From positions 1-24,001 of the IMG/VR virus record IMGVR_UViG_3300044674_002489: a stretch of DNA of 24,001 bases; one strand, 5' to 3'. Made by a program: the position numbers and the translations under genes. Position 1 is the stretch's first letter. Each line of letters starts with the position of its first letter. The notes beneath the pieces were generated by a model. It was not told the DNA's origin, did not search any database, and was given only the letters and a program-made list of their open reading frames with translations. This DNA is from a virus. Its lineage: Duplodnaviria > Caudoviricetes. Below, in pieces: positions 8,045 to 17,398 of the stretch.

Positions 8045-9024
8045 TGGCTATCCGTTCAGGGCTCGCGGCGCAGATCGGTATCGCGGCCGAGTCGACGTGG
8101 GGGACGTACGTTGCTCCCGACCACTGGTACGAGTTCAATGAAGAGGATCTCGCTCTCTCGATCGAGAGGGTCGAGTCGGCCGGGCTTCGAGCCGGGAACC
8201 GCGTCCTCCGGACCGACCGCTGGGCCGCTGGCCAGAAGCGGGTCGAGGGCTCCGTGACGATGGAGGTTCCGACTAAGGCATTCGGGCTGATCGCGAAGCA
8301 CGCTCTCGGAGCGGTCTCGATCACGACTCCGTCCGGCGCGACTAACGCTCGTCTCCACGCGCATACGCTCGGCGACCCGTACGGGCTCGGCATGACCGTG
8401 CAGGTCGGTCGTCCGGACACGGCCGGGACCGTCCAGCCGTTCTCGTACACCGGGGCGAAGATCTCCGAACTGACCCTCTCGAACTCGGTCGACGAGATCC
8501 TCCTCGCCGAGATCGGATTCGTCGCGCAGAACGAGTCGACGAGCGAGTCGCTCGCGACCGCGTCGTACCCGACCGGGAATCAGATCTTCAATTGGACCCA
8601 GGGAGTCATCTCGATCGCCGGGTCGACGGTCGGCGTCGTCTCGGACTTCGAGGTCACGATCAACAACGGTCTGAAGGATGACCGCTACTTCCTCGGAGCG
8701 TCGACCATGTCCGAGCCGATCATCGCGGACATGACCTCGATCGAGGGAACGATGACCGTCGAGTTCGACGGGCTGACGAACTACAACCGCTTCGTCAGCG
8801 GCACCGAGGCCGCGGTCTCCGCGACGTGGACCGCCGCGACCGAGATCGAGTCGGGCTTCTCGCCGTACGTCCAAGTCTCGATCGACAACGCGCGGTTCGA
8901 CGGCGCGACTCCGAACGTCGGCGGGCCGGACGTGCTGACCCACGAGTTGTCGTTCAAGGCCGTCTACGACGGGTCGAACGGTCCGATCACGATCAACTAC
9001 CAGACGGACGACACGGCGTCCTAA
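8044..9024 (+). CDS. Major tail (tube) protein
   Basis: QIGIAAESTWGT, YTGAKISELTLS, FEVTINNGL, TPNVGGPDVL; 326 aa, upstream of chaperone and tape measure. Confidence 0.85.
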   Translation: MAIRSGLAAQIGIAAESTWGTYVAPDHWYEFNEEDLALSIERVESAGLRAGNRVLRTDRWAAGQKRVEGSVTMEVPTKAFGLIAKHALGAVSITTPSGATNARLHAHTLGDPYGLGMTVQVGRPDTAGTVQPFSYTGAKISELTLSNSVDEILLAEIGFVAQNESTSESLATASYPTGNQIFNWTQGVISIAGSTVGVVSDFEVTINNGLKDDRYFLGASTMSEPIIADMTSIEGTMTVEFDGLTNYNRFVSGTEAAVSATWTAATEIESGFSPYVQVSIDNARFDGATPNVGGPDVLTHELSFKAVYDGSNGPITINYQTDDTAS

Positions 9025-9413
9025 TGGCTCGCGGCTACGTCGCGGTCCGCGGACTGACGAGACTCACGAAGGATCTCCGGTCCGTGGATCGCGGCATAGC
9101 CGCGCAACTTCAGAAGGATCTGAAGAGAGCGGCGCAGCCGACGGTCAACCTCGCGAAGACTCTCGCGCCGACCGATACGGGAGCCCTCCGCGGTTCGATC
9201 CGGGCGATCGCTTCCCAGAAGCGAGTCGCGATCCGGGCGAATAAGCGACGCAAGGGTTTCCTATACGGTGCCGTCTACGAATACGGCGGGCGAGGGATGC
9301 GCGAGTACGGTCCCCGCGCCTACCTGAACCCGGCACTCGACGCGACCCAGGACCGGGTCGTCCGCGACGTCGCGAACGCGATCTCGCACTACATCAACCG
9401 CTATGGGCTCTAA
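9024..9413 (+). CDS. HK97 gp10-like neck/tail-completion protein
   Basis: Start at ATG 9024 (TAATG); VRGLTRL, AKTLAPTDTGALRGSI, YEYGG, PRAYLNPA. Confidence 0.8.
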   Translation: MARGYVAVRGLTRLTKDLRSVDRGIAAQLQKDLKRAAQPTVNLAKTLAPTDTGALRGSIRAIASQKRVAIRANKRRKGFLYGAVYEYGGRGMREYGPRAYLNPALDATQDRVVRDVANAISHYINRYGL

Positions 9414-9425
9414 CGGAGGAACAGC

Positions 9426-9734
9426 ATGAGCGAGATCGGAAAGATCTCCGTCAACGGTAAGGCGTACGACCTCGACGACCTCGAACTCGGGGAACTCGAA
9501 AGCCTCGAAGAGTTCATGGGAGTCGAGATCGGAGAGATGGCGCTCGGCTCGATTCGGGCGACCCTCTACCTCGTCTACCTGATCAAGCGACGCGACGAGC
9601 CCGGCTATACGCTCGACGACGCGCGGAAGGAGAAGTTCGTCGCCGTCAAGTGGGGAGCCGACGAGGAGGGCGACCCGAACGACCCTTTGTCCGGAAGCGG
9701 CGACGGCAAGGAGTCCGAGCCGACGGACGACTAA
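9426..9734 (+). CDS. Tail assembly chaperone (G)
   Basis: Small acidic ORF with GGAGG SD directly before the tape measure gene; slippery site near its end. Confidence 0.8.
   Translation: MSEIGKISVNGKAYDLDDLELGELESLEEFMGVEIGEMALGSIRATLYLVYLIKRRDEPGYTLDDARKEKFVAVKWGADEEGDPNDPLSGSGDGKESEPTDD
9683..9689 (+). other. Programmed -1 frameshift site C CCT TTG
   Basis: X XXY YYZ heptamer in the correct phase of the chaperone (GAC CCT TTG); the -1 frame stays open to 9886. Confidence 0.75.
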
Positions 9735-9886
9735 GGGCGAGAGACCTCTGGCGTCCCGAGTACCTCGAACGCTGGGGAATACGTCCGTGGGAGTTCGAGA
9801 GGTTCACGCAACGTGAACTAATCTCCCTCGGGGACATGGTAAAGCGGGAGAACCGCGAAGCGAAGAAGAGGAACCGTGGCACCTAG
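9683..9886 (+). CDS. Frameshift extension (T) of the tail assembly chaperone
   Basis: PFVRKRRR...WGIRPWEFERFTQRELISL; the G-I-x-P-W-E segment is typical of the post-shift part; overlaps the tape measure start. Confidence 0.7.
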   Translation, partial: PFVRKRRRQGVRADGRLRARDLWRPEYLERWGIRPWEFERFTQRELISLGDMVKRENREAKKRNRGT

Positions 9887-12800
9887 AGCGAGGCGAGTCG
9901 AGGTCGTAATCGGAGGCGACGCTTCCGGAGCGGCTCGCGCGTTCGGGGTCGCGGGAGCGTCGGCGCAGAGGTTCCAGGGAGCGGCGCAGCGTTCGTCGTT
10001 CGCGTCGTCGCGAGCGTTCCGGGCGATCCGCGTCGCCGCGATCGGAGTCGGAGCCGGGCTCGCGATCGCGGCGAAGTCGGCGGTCACGACGGCGGCGGAG
10101 TTCGAGTCGTCGATGCAGAAGATCGTCGGACTCGTCGGCGTCTCGCAGTCGTCGGTCGACTCGATGAGCGAAGGAGTCAAGCGGCTCGCGATGCAGTACG
10201 GGAAGTCGGCACCCGAAGCGGCCGACGCTCTCTTCTTCGTTACGTCGGCCGGGCTCCGCGGAGCCGAGGCGATGGAAGTCCTCGAAGCCTCGCTGAAGGG
10301 TTCCGCGTCCGGGCTCGGCGAGGTCAAGGACATAGCCGACCTCGCGACGTCCGTCGTCAATGCGTACGGGTCGGACAACATCTCGGCGGCGAAGGCAACC
10401 GACGTTCTCGCGAAGGCCGTCCAGCAGGGGAAGTTGGAGTCGGAGGAACTCGCCGGGGCGATGGGCAAGGTCATCCCGGTCGCCGCGAACATGGGGATCT
10501 CGTTCGACCAGGTCGGCGGCGCGATGGCCGCTATGTCGAAGACGGGCACGAACGCGGACGAGGCGGCGACGCAACTCCGGCAGATCATGGTCTCGCTTCT
10601 GAAGCCGACTACCGAAGCCGACGAGACGCTCGCGAGTCTCGGGCTCTCGGCCGCGGGACTCCGGAAGCAGATCGGGCGGGAGGGTCTCTTCTCGACTCTG
10701 ACGACCCTGACCGATGCCTTCGGCGATAACGAGGAGGCGCAGACCGCCGTCTTCGGCAACGTCCGAGCCCTCGTCGGAGTCATGGACCTCATGGGTGCCG
10801 GGTTCGAGGCGAACAAGAAGGTGATGGACGAGGTCGCGAACTCGACCGGGATGCTCGACTCCGCGTACGCCGCCGTCGCCGATACGGGCTCGCAGAAGAT
10901 GAGCCGGGCCGTTGCGAAGATGAACGTCGCGCTGATCGAGTTCGGCGACCAGATCATGCCCGCCGTCACCGACGCGATCACCGGCTTCTCGAAGATCGTC
11001 TCGGCGATCGGTCCGCCGCTCGGGAAGATCGCCGGAGCGATCGGAACGGTCGGACGAGCCGCTCTCGGAGCGGCTCCGGTCGTCGCCGGACTCTCGGCCG
11101 CGATCGGCGCTCTCGTCGCCGTCAAGACCCTCTCGATGCTAACGCGACTCGTCGCCTCGATCCGAGCCCTGACGATGGTCCAGGCGGCGTCGACCGCGAT
11201 GACCGGGCTCTCGACCGCGATGACCGTCCTCGCGACCGGCTTCTCGCGAGCGACCGCGACGTCGGTCGGGCTCGCTCCCGGACTTACCGCGGCCGGTGCC
11301 GGGATGACCCGCTTCTCCGCCGCGGGCGGGATCGCGAAGCGGAGTCTCGCGACGCTCGGGACGTCGATGCTCGCGTTCGTCGGCGGACCCGTCGGCGCGG
11401 TCGTCGCCGGAGTCGGAGCGATCGTCGGGCTCTTCGCCGTCTTCGCCCGGCGAACCGACTCGAACGCGGCGGCGCTTGAGCATCTCGCGAGCGTGACCCG
11501 CGACTACACGACCGCGCTGACGGCAAGCAAGACGGCGCAGGCCGGGTTCTCCGAGGCTTCCGACCGGATGGTCGACGCGCAGATCCAGCAGAGGTCGGCG
11601 GCGATAGGTGTACGAGAGGCGGAGAGGGCTCTCGCGGAGGCGCGACGCGGCGGGGATACCCTCGCTATAGAACGCGCCGAGGTCTCGCTTACACAGGCGC
11701 GGAGAGCGTCGGACATGGCGAACCGGGACGTCGCGCAGTCGCAGCGGGCCGTTACGTCCGCGTCGGCGAACTTCGCCTCGGCGCTCGTCCGGGTCGCGTC
11801 GACGACCGGGAATACGGAGAAGGATCTCCGAGATCTCGAACGGGCATTCCATCCGCTCATGAAGGCCGCGGCTCCGGACGCTTACTCGAAGTTCCGGAAG
11901 GAACTCGTCGAGATCTCGAAGTCGGGCGGGACGACGGAGTCGAGGATGAAGGGTCTTAAGTCCGCGGCCGGTGAACTCGCGACAAAGGTCAAGGGAACGA
12001 CGCCGGTCGCGAACGATCTCCGCGCGACTCTTCTCGGGCTCGCGAACGCGGACGCCGGGCAACTCAAGACGTTCGCCGCGGACGTCGAGAAGGGAGTCAA
12101 GTCCGGGAAGACGAAGGCGCAGGCGCAGAAGGACGCGATCGCGAAACTCCTAAAGAACATCGGCGACGTCCGGCCGGAGTTCTCGTCGTACGTTGAGGCG
12201 ATCGAGAAGGGAGGGTCGGACGGATACAACGCCGCGAAGAAGTGGGCGGACAAGACCCGCGCCGCGCTGAAGAAGGTCGACCCGCGGGAGAAGGGATCGC
12301 CGTCGATCGTCGACCTGACGAAGGCCGGGTTCAAGGCTCTGAAGGCCGAGGTCGGCGTCGGGATGCTCGACGTTCTCCGGGAGACGGAGAAGGACGGGAA
12401 GAAGATCCGCCTGACGATGAAGAACGCTCTCGACCCGTCGAAGGTTCGGGACTACGCGAGCGGTCCGGCGCAGGATGCTTTCCAGGAGTTCCGAGAGTCG
12501 GTTATCTCCGCGCTGGAGTTCACGGACAAGCCCGGACTCGGCGCGTACGCCGACCGAGTCGGAGCCGACGGGAAGTTGATCGTCGGACGCTTTACGGCGC
12601 TCTCCCGTGAACTCGACGGAGCGATGGCCGACCTCGACGGACGTCTCTCTTCCGCGCTCAACGGAGTCGACGCCGGGCTCTCGTCGAGTCTCTCGTCGAT
12701 CGACCAAACCCTGAAGGCGAACCTCGACGGGATCGAGTCGACGCTGAAGAGTCGTCTCGCCGAGATCGAGAGCGTTCGCCTCGGACCGACGGCGGCGGAG

Positions 12801-13724
12801 TCCGAACTCGCCCGACTCGAAGAGGCAGGAGCGGCCGAGGATCTCGCCGGGCGGCGAACCGAGGCCGGAGCGAAACTCGCCGAGGCGCAGAGGATCGGCG
12901 ACCCTCGACTCATCGCGGATGCCCAGGCCGAGGTCGCGAAGATCGAGCGCGAGGCGAAGATCGCGGAACTTCGGAAGACCGCCGAGGCCGAGAGAGCGGC
13001 CCGCGATCTTCAGGCCGAGGTCGATCGTACGAACGCCGAGTCGAACGCCGAGGCCGCGCGAGTCGCGGAGCAGGAGCGAGCGGAGCGAGAGCGGGCGGCT
13101 GCGAACGCCGCGGCCGCTGCGCTCCGCGCGACTCACCAGGCGAACGCCGCGGCCGAGAGGCAACGGATCGCGGACGACTTCGAGGCGCGTCGTCTCCTCC
13201 TCGATGCCGAGAGGGAGCAAGACCGTCTCGGCGCGGAGCGCGACCTAAAGCGGCTAGAGAATCAGATGGCGCGAGTCCCGGCAATCCTCGCTCGCGCGAA
13301 GAAGCCCGCCGCGACCGCTCTCGGGAAACTCTCCCGCGCGTTCGCCGTCTTCGGTAATCAGGCCGGGAAGAACTACCTCTCGTACCTGACGAAGAACCTG
13401 AACGACCTCGATACGGTCGTCGCGCGAGCCCTCGCCGCAAAGGTCGAGCCCTACCTCCGACTCGGCTCCCCGGCGAAGAAGGGACCACTCTCGCACCTCG
13501 ACGAGTGGTTCGCGCCGTTCTCCTCGACGCTCTTCTCGTCGGTCGATACGGCCGGGCTCGCGAAGTCGTCGGCTCGCGTCGCGGGCTCGGCTCTTCCGTC
13601 CGGGCGAGGAGCGGCGGGCGGCGTCGTCGTCAACGTCACGGTCGACGGCAATCAGTTCGACGCGCGGGAGTTCGCCCGTCGCCTGGAGCCGGAACTCGGC
13701 CGCATCGTCTCGGCGGCGTTCTAG
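9876..13724 (+). CDS. Tape measure protein (TP901-like core)
   Basis: 1282 aa, Ala/Gly-rich; AAEFESSM, ALFFVTSAG, ATDVLAKAV..GK, hydrophobic middle segments, coiled coils, SPAKKGPLS, terminal VVVNVTVDG. Confidence 0.93.
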   Translation: MAPRARRVEVVIGGDASGAARAFGVAGASAQRFQGAAQRSSFASSRAFRAIRVAAIGVGAGLAIAAKSAVTTAAEFESSMQKIVGLVGVSQSSVDSMSEGVKRLAMQYGKSAPEAADALFFVTSAGLRGAEAMEVLEASLKGSASGLGEVKDIADLATSVVNAYGSDNISAAKATDVLAKAVQQGKLESEELAGAMGKVIPVAANMGISFDQVGGAMAAMSKTGTNADEAATQLRQIMVSLLKPTTEADETLASLGLSAAGLRKQIGREGLFSTLTTLTDAFGDNEEAQTAVFGNVRALVGVMDLMGAGFEANKKVMDEVANSTGMLDSAYAAVADTGSQKMSRAVAKMNVALIEFGDQIMPAVTDAITGFSKIVSAIGPPLGKIAGAIGTVGRAALGAAPVVAGLSAAIGALVAVKTLSMLTRLVASIRALTMVQAASTAMTGLSTAMTVLATGFSRATATSVGLAPGLTAAGAGMTRFSAAGGIAKRSLATLGTSMLAFVGGPVGAVVAGVGAIVGLFAVFARRTDSNAAALEHLASVTRDYTTALTASKTAQAGFSEASDRMVDAQIQQRSAAIGVREAERALAEARRGGDTLAIERAEVSLTQARRASDMANRDVAQSQRAVTSASANFASALVRVASTTGNTEKDLRDLERAFHPLMKAAAPDAYSKFRKELVEISKSGGTTESRMKGLKSAAGELATKVKGTTPVANDLRATLLGLANADAGQLKTFAADVEKGVKSGKTKAQAQKDAIAKLLKNIGDVRPEFSSYVEAIEKGGSDGYNAAKKWADKTRAALKKVDPREKGSPSIVDLTKAGFKALKAEVGVGMLDVLRETEKDGKKIRLTMKNALDPSKVRDYASGPAQDAFQEFRESVISALEFTDKPGLGAYADRVGADGKLIVGRFTALSRELDGAMADLDGRLSSALNGVDAGLSSSLSSIDQTLKANLDGIESTLKSRLAEIESVRLGPTAAESELARLEEAGAAEDLAGRRTEAGAKLAEAQRIGDPRLIADAQAEVAKIEREAKIAELRKTAEAERAARDLQAEVDRTNAESNAEAARVAEQERAERERAAANAAAAALRATHQANAAAERQRIADDFEARRLLLDAEREQDRLGAERDLKRLENQMARVPAILARAKKPAATALGKLSRAFAVFGNQAGKNYLSYLTKNLNDLDTVVARALAAKVEPYLRLGSPAKKGPLSHLDEWFAPFSSTLFSSVDTAGLAKSSARVAGSALPSGRGAAGGVVVNVTVDGNQFDAREFARRLEPELGRIVSAAF

Positions 13725-13727
13725 TCG

Positions 13728-15041
13728 ATGCCCGCTCCGACGATCACGGTCGAGGTCGGCTGGACCGACACGCCGGGGAACATCTTCACGCTCGACTCCT
13801 CCTCGCTCGACTCGTTCGACGTACTCGACGGGCTCGGCGTCGGGGACTTCTCCGGGACGTACGACGACGTCTCCGCCGACGCGGACGACGTCCGGATACG
13901 TCGAGGCCGGTCGGACCGGCTCGCGACGATGCAGGCCGGGACGGCGGAGTTCTCGCTCTCCCGTCCGAGCGACCCGGACTTCTACAACCCGAACTCGCTG
14001 ACCTCGCCGATCGCGTTGGAGTCGCCGGGCTTCGCTCCGATGAGGCCCGTCCGGATCCGCGCGGTCTACGACTCCGGCTCCGGCGACGTCACGTACGACC
14101 TCTTCTACGGGTTCATCCGGACGATCGATTGGGACTCGAATACCCGCGTCGCGAAAGTCGTCGCGAACGATCTCTTCCTCTGGCTCTCCCGGACGAACCC
14201 GTCGTTCACGATCCTCGACGCGATCGCGGCCGGAGTCGAGAATACGTCCGAGGCGATCGGGCTCGTTCTCGACGAGGCGCTCTGGACCGATCCGACGAGG
14301 CGCGACCTCGACTCCTCGGGAGGCGACGAGGTTGACCCGACGCTCGCCTCGTTCGGCTACCCGGACGGGACGACGTCGGCGCTCGGGATCGTCGAGGAAC
14401 TCCTCGCCGCGGAGCGCGGCGTCTTCTTCATCGACCCGGCCGGGACCGCGACGTATCGTGACCGGAACGAGCGAGCCGAGACAACGACGATCTCGGCGAC
14501 GTTCAATGCGGAGGAGCAGGTCGACGTCGGCTCGTCGATCGACCTCGACAAGATCGTCAACCGGGTGCGCGTAACGCGGACGGGCGGCTCGACGGTGACG
14601 GAGGAGGACGCGACGAGTCAGTCGAGGTACGGGCTCTCCGACCTCTCGCTCGACTCCCGGTACATCCCGTCGTTCTCCGCGTCGGAGAACCTCGCGAAGT
14701 ACCTCATCGCTCGGCTCGCGACTCCGCAGGCTCCGGTGTCGATCCTCCTAGAGAACGACTCCCCGACCGGGATCGTTACGCAACTCTCGCTCGATCTCGG
14801 CGACCGGGTCGAGGCTCCCGTCGAGTTCGACGCATTCGTCTTCGGCCGGAGCGAGTTCGGCTCCGGGCTCTTCGGCGGGACGATCGGCTCGTATCACGTC
14901 GAGCAGATCGAGCACTCGATTACCGGGGGTGGTAACTACCTCTCGACTAGGCTCCTCCTATCCGCCCGCGGCGCGGACGGGGATCAGTTCCTCTTCGGGA
15001 TCTCCGAGTTCGGAGACGCCGAGGCGACGTTCGGCTACTAG
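13728..15041 (+). CDS. Minor tail protein (tail tip/baseplate hub)
   Basis: Directly after tape measure; FTLDSSSLD, IRRGRS..L...QAGTA, YNP, LFYGFI, GVFFIDPAG, SQSRYG, LDLGDRV. Confidence 0.8.
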   Translation: MPAPTITVEVGWTDTPGNIFTLDSSSLDSFDVLDGLGVGDFSGTYDDVSADADDVRIRRGRSDRLATMQAGTAEFSLSRPSDPDFYNPNSLTSPIALESPGFAPMRPVRIRAVYDSGSGDVTYDLFYGFIRTIDWDSNTRVAKVVANDLFLWLSRTNPSFTILDAIAAGVENTSEAIGLVLDEALWTDPTRRDLDSSGGDEVDPTLASFGYPDGTTSALGIVEELLAAERGVFFIDPAGTATYRDRNERAETTTISATFNAEEQVDVGSSIDLDKIVNRVRVTRTGGSTVTEEDATSQSRYGLSDLSLDSRYIPSFSASENLAKYLIARLATPQAPVSILLENDSPTGIVTQLSLDLGDRVEAPVEFDAFVFGRSEFGSGLFGGTIGSYHVEQIEHSITGGGNYLSTRLLLSARGADGDQFLFGISEFGDAEATFGY

Positions 15042-15050
15042 GAAGGAAAG

Positions 15051-15575
15051 ATGGCGAAGACCTACAACGGACCGTTCTCCGACGTTGCGACCGGTGACGT
15101 CTATACCGCCGCCGCGCATAACCTCGTCCTGGAGAACCTGAACAATCACCGCGTGCCGCCGATGTGCTCCGTGTACCGGACCGCTGCGCTGTCGCATACG
15201 GCGACCGGCACCTATCAGGTTTACACCTACGACACGGAGTTGTACGACACCGACAGCATGTGGGACGCCGGTAGTCCGACCCGCATCACACTGAACACAG
15301 CGGGCGTCTACGACGTGAAGTTTGTGGTGTCCCTTGGTAACACTACGGGGCTGATCGCCGGAGCAATCTACAAAGACGGCGGCGCTTATCAGTTCCTGTT
15401 CCTCGACGCCGGGCAGGCCACAGCGAACTACAAGTCCGGCAGCACGAACGTCGTGTCCACCGGCAGCACCTACATCGAAGCGTACTTCTATCAGGCGTCA
15501 GGCGGCAGCCTCAACTATAACGTCGGCCTGACTCAAAGCCTGTTCTCCGCAACGTGGATCGGGCAGGCGTCCTAA
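15051..15575 (+). CDS. Short tail fibre / receptor-binding protein, C1q/TNF-like beta domain
   Basis: Anchor GDVYTAAAHN; YDTELYDTDSMWD...PTRITLNTAGVYDV; terminal FSATWIG. Confidence 0.65.
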   Translation: MAKTYNGPFSDVATGDVYTAAAHNLVLENLNNHRVPPMCSVYRTAALSHTATGTYQVYTYDTELYDTDSMWDAGSPTRITLNTAGVYDVKFVVSLGNTTGLIAGAIYKDGGAYQFLFLDAGQATANYKSGSTNVVSTGSTYIEAYFYQASGGSLNYNVGLTQSLFSATWIGQAS

Positions 15576-16078
15576 TGGCGTGGACCGATCCCGAAACCTT
15601 CACCGCTGGCCGGACGCTGACCGCCGCCAGCATGAACGCCATCAGCGGGAACCTGACGGCGACCGCCTACGGAAACGTCATCGGGCGGGTGGAGCGGACG
15701 ACCGCCTACGCGGTCAATCAGACGGCGATCGCTTCGGCGGCGGACATCTTCGCCAGCGACGTAACGTGGACCGCCGACGGGACCACCGCGTACCTAGTGG
15801 AGATGTTCGTGCCGCGCGCCGATAGCGGTTCGGGCGGATTCATGACCTACTACATCACGGATGGTGGAGGCACCGCGCTCGCGGCTATCGGTTTCACCGG
15901 GGGTACCTCCGGTGTGTCATGGGATGCCCCGCTATTACGATGGTGGTACACACCGTCATCCGGCAGCGTAACGATCAACGCACGCGCGACATACGGAACA
16001 GCGGCGGGGACGCTTTACGCCGGGACGGGCGGCGCATCACAGCCGCCCGCCTACCTTGCGGTGTTCGGCCCGGCATGA
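15575..16078 (+). CDS. Second short tail fibre / accessory tail protein (167 aa)
   Basis: ATG 15575 (TAATG); MAWTDPETFTAGRTLTAASMN anchor; Thr/Gly-rich beta domain ending LAVFGP. Confidence 0.65.
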   Translation: MAWTDPETFTAGRTLTAASMNAISGNLTATAYGNVIGRVERTTAYAVNQTAIASAADIFASDVTWTADGTTAYLVEMFVPRADSGSGGFMTYYITDGGGTALAAIGFTGGTSGVSWDAPLLRWWYTPSSGSVTINARATYGTAAGTLYAGTGGASQPPAYLAVFGPA

Positions 16079-16338
16079 CCTCCACCGATGTGACCCGCGT
16101 GTACGCGCTACTCGACGAACTGCGCCGCGAGCAGCGCCGGGACATGACCGCGCTGCATGACGAGGTCGTCGGATACCGCGCCGACCTGAACGGGCGGCTA
16201 AAGGCTCTCGAACTCTCGGAGGCGAAGCGCCAGGGCGAGGAGGACGGGCGCGGGAGTATCGGCCGAGTCGTCCTCGCCGTCGCCGCGGTATCGGCGTCAA
16301 TCGGGTCTATCGTTGGAGTCGTCGCAGCGATCCTCTAG
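16075..16338 (+). CDS. Coiled-coil protein with C-terminal transmembrane helix (lysis-module membrane protein)
   Basis: ATGA overlap at 16075; MTSTDVTRVY...RLKALE...VVLAVAAVSASIGSIVGVVAAIL; directly before the endolysin. Confidence 0.65.
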   Translation: MTSTDVTRVYALLDELRREQRRDMTALHDEVVGYRADLNGRLKALELSEAKRQGEEDGRGSIGRVVLAVAAVSASIGSIVGVVAAIL

Positions 16339-16351
16339 GGGAGGTACGAGG

Positions 16352-17125
16352 ATGACCGCAGGAGAGCGAGTCGCGAGAGCGGCCGAGAGGTACGTCGGAG
16401 TCCGGGAGAACCCGCTCGGCTCAAACCGGGGGAACCCCTACCCGGATCGCTGGCAGGCACCCTGGGGACTCGGCTACGGCTGGCCGTGGTGCGGCGCGTT
16501 CGCCGCCGCGATGTATACGACGGCGGGAGTCGACGACCAGCAGATCGCGCACCCGTCGACGGCGGAGATCTACTCGCGGGCGAAGCGGCTCGGCGCGATC
16601 TACCCGAAGCCGATCCCCGGCGCGATGATCCTCTGGCCGGGGAAGCATGTCGGGATCGTCGTCCGCGATCTCGGCGGCGGCGTCTGCCTGACCGTCGAAG
16701 GGAATACGAGCGACTCCGTCGCGTATCGCCGCCGTGCGTACGGTCCGGGCTCCGGCGTCTTCTTCGTCGCGCCGCGCGAGGTCCGGGTCGGCTACGTCCC
16801 GACGAGCCCGCGCCGCGACTACTACCTCGAAGACGTCGGCGCGAAGCCCGTCCTCCGCGGGCCGTGGAAGATCCGGTCGTGGCGCGAGCGGATCATCTCC
16901 CGGCTCCCGGCCGATCGCCGGAGCCGCGTTCGCCGCGTTCGCTGGAAGGGCGGGTTCGCGTTCTACGACGGACCGACTCGCGTCTACGGGCCGTGGTCGT
17001 CGAAGGCTTCTCGCGACCGCGCACAGAAGATCTTGGAGGACCGGATCGGTCGGCGTCTCCGGCCGTACTCGCGCCTCCGGAAGACGGCGGCTCCGAAAGC
17101 GGAGTCGCTCGGGAAGACGACCTAG
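16352..17125 (+). CDS. Endolysin, CHAP-family catalytic domain with basic C-terminal domain
   Basis: ATG 16352 after a GGGGAGG/GAGG SD; YVGVRENPLGSN, PWCGAF (catalytic Cys), KHVGIV (His), TVEGNT. Confidence 0.88.
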   Translation: MTAGERVARAAERYVGVRENPLGSNRGNPYPDRWQAPWGLGYGWPWCGAFAAAMYTTAGVDDQQIAHPSTAEIYSRAKRLGAIYPKPIPGAMILWPGKHVGIVVRDLGGGVCLTVEGNTSDSVAYRRRAYGPGSGVFFVAPREVRVGYVPTSPRRDYYLEDVGAKPVLRGPWKIRSWRERIISRLPADRRSRVRRVRWKGGFAFYDGPTRVYGPWSSKASRDRAQKILEDRIGRRLRPYSRLRKTAAPKAESLGKTT

Positions 17126-17137
17126 AAAGGAACTCGA

Positions 17138-17392
17138 ATGAACCGAGTCTCTATCGGACCGTCGACGATCGCGATGATCGTCGCCTCTCTCGCCGCGGCG
17201 ACCGCGTTCGTCGTCGCCTGGGCCGAGACCGGCACCGCTCCGGCGTGGCTCGCCGGGCTCGCGGCCGGGCTGACCTCGCTGATGGCGCTCCTCCGATCCT
17301 GGCAGGCCGTTCGCGCCGAGGAGCCGATCGTCGAGATCGACGACCTCGTCGACGAGGAGCCGATCGAGCCCGACGACTACGACGTCGACTAG
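17138..17392 (+). CDS. Putative holin
   Basis: 84 aa, two hydrophobic helices and a very acidic tail; follows the endolysin. Confidence 0.7.
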   Translation: MNRVSIGPSTIAMIVASLAAATAFVVAWAETGTAPAWLAGLAAGLTSLMALLRSWQAVRAEEPIVEIDDLVDEEPIEPDDYDVD

Positions 17393-17398
17393 ACCGCG

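Noticed and set aside
15051-16078. Diversity-generating retroelement or invertible fibre cassette
   Set aside because: No reverse transcriptase, invertase, template/variable repeat pair or flanking inverted repeats seen in the window.
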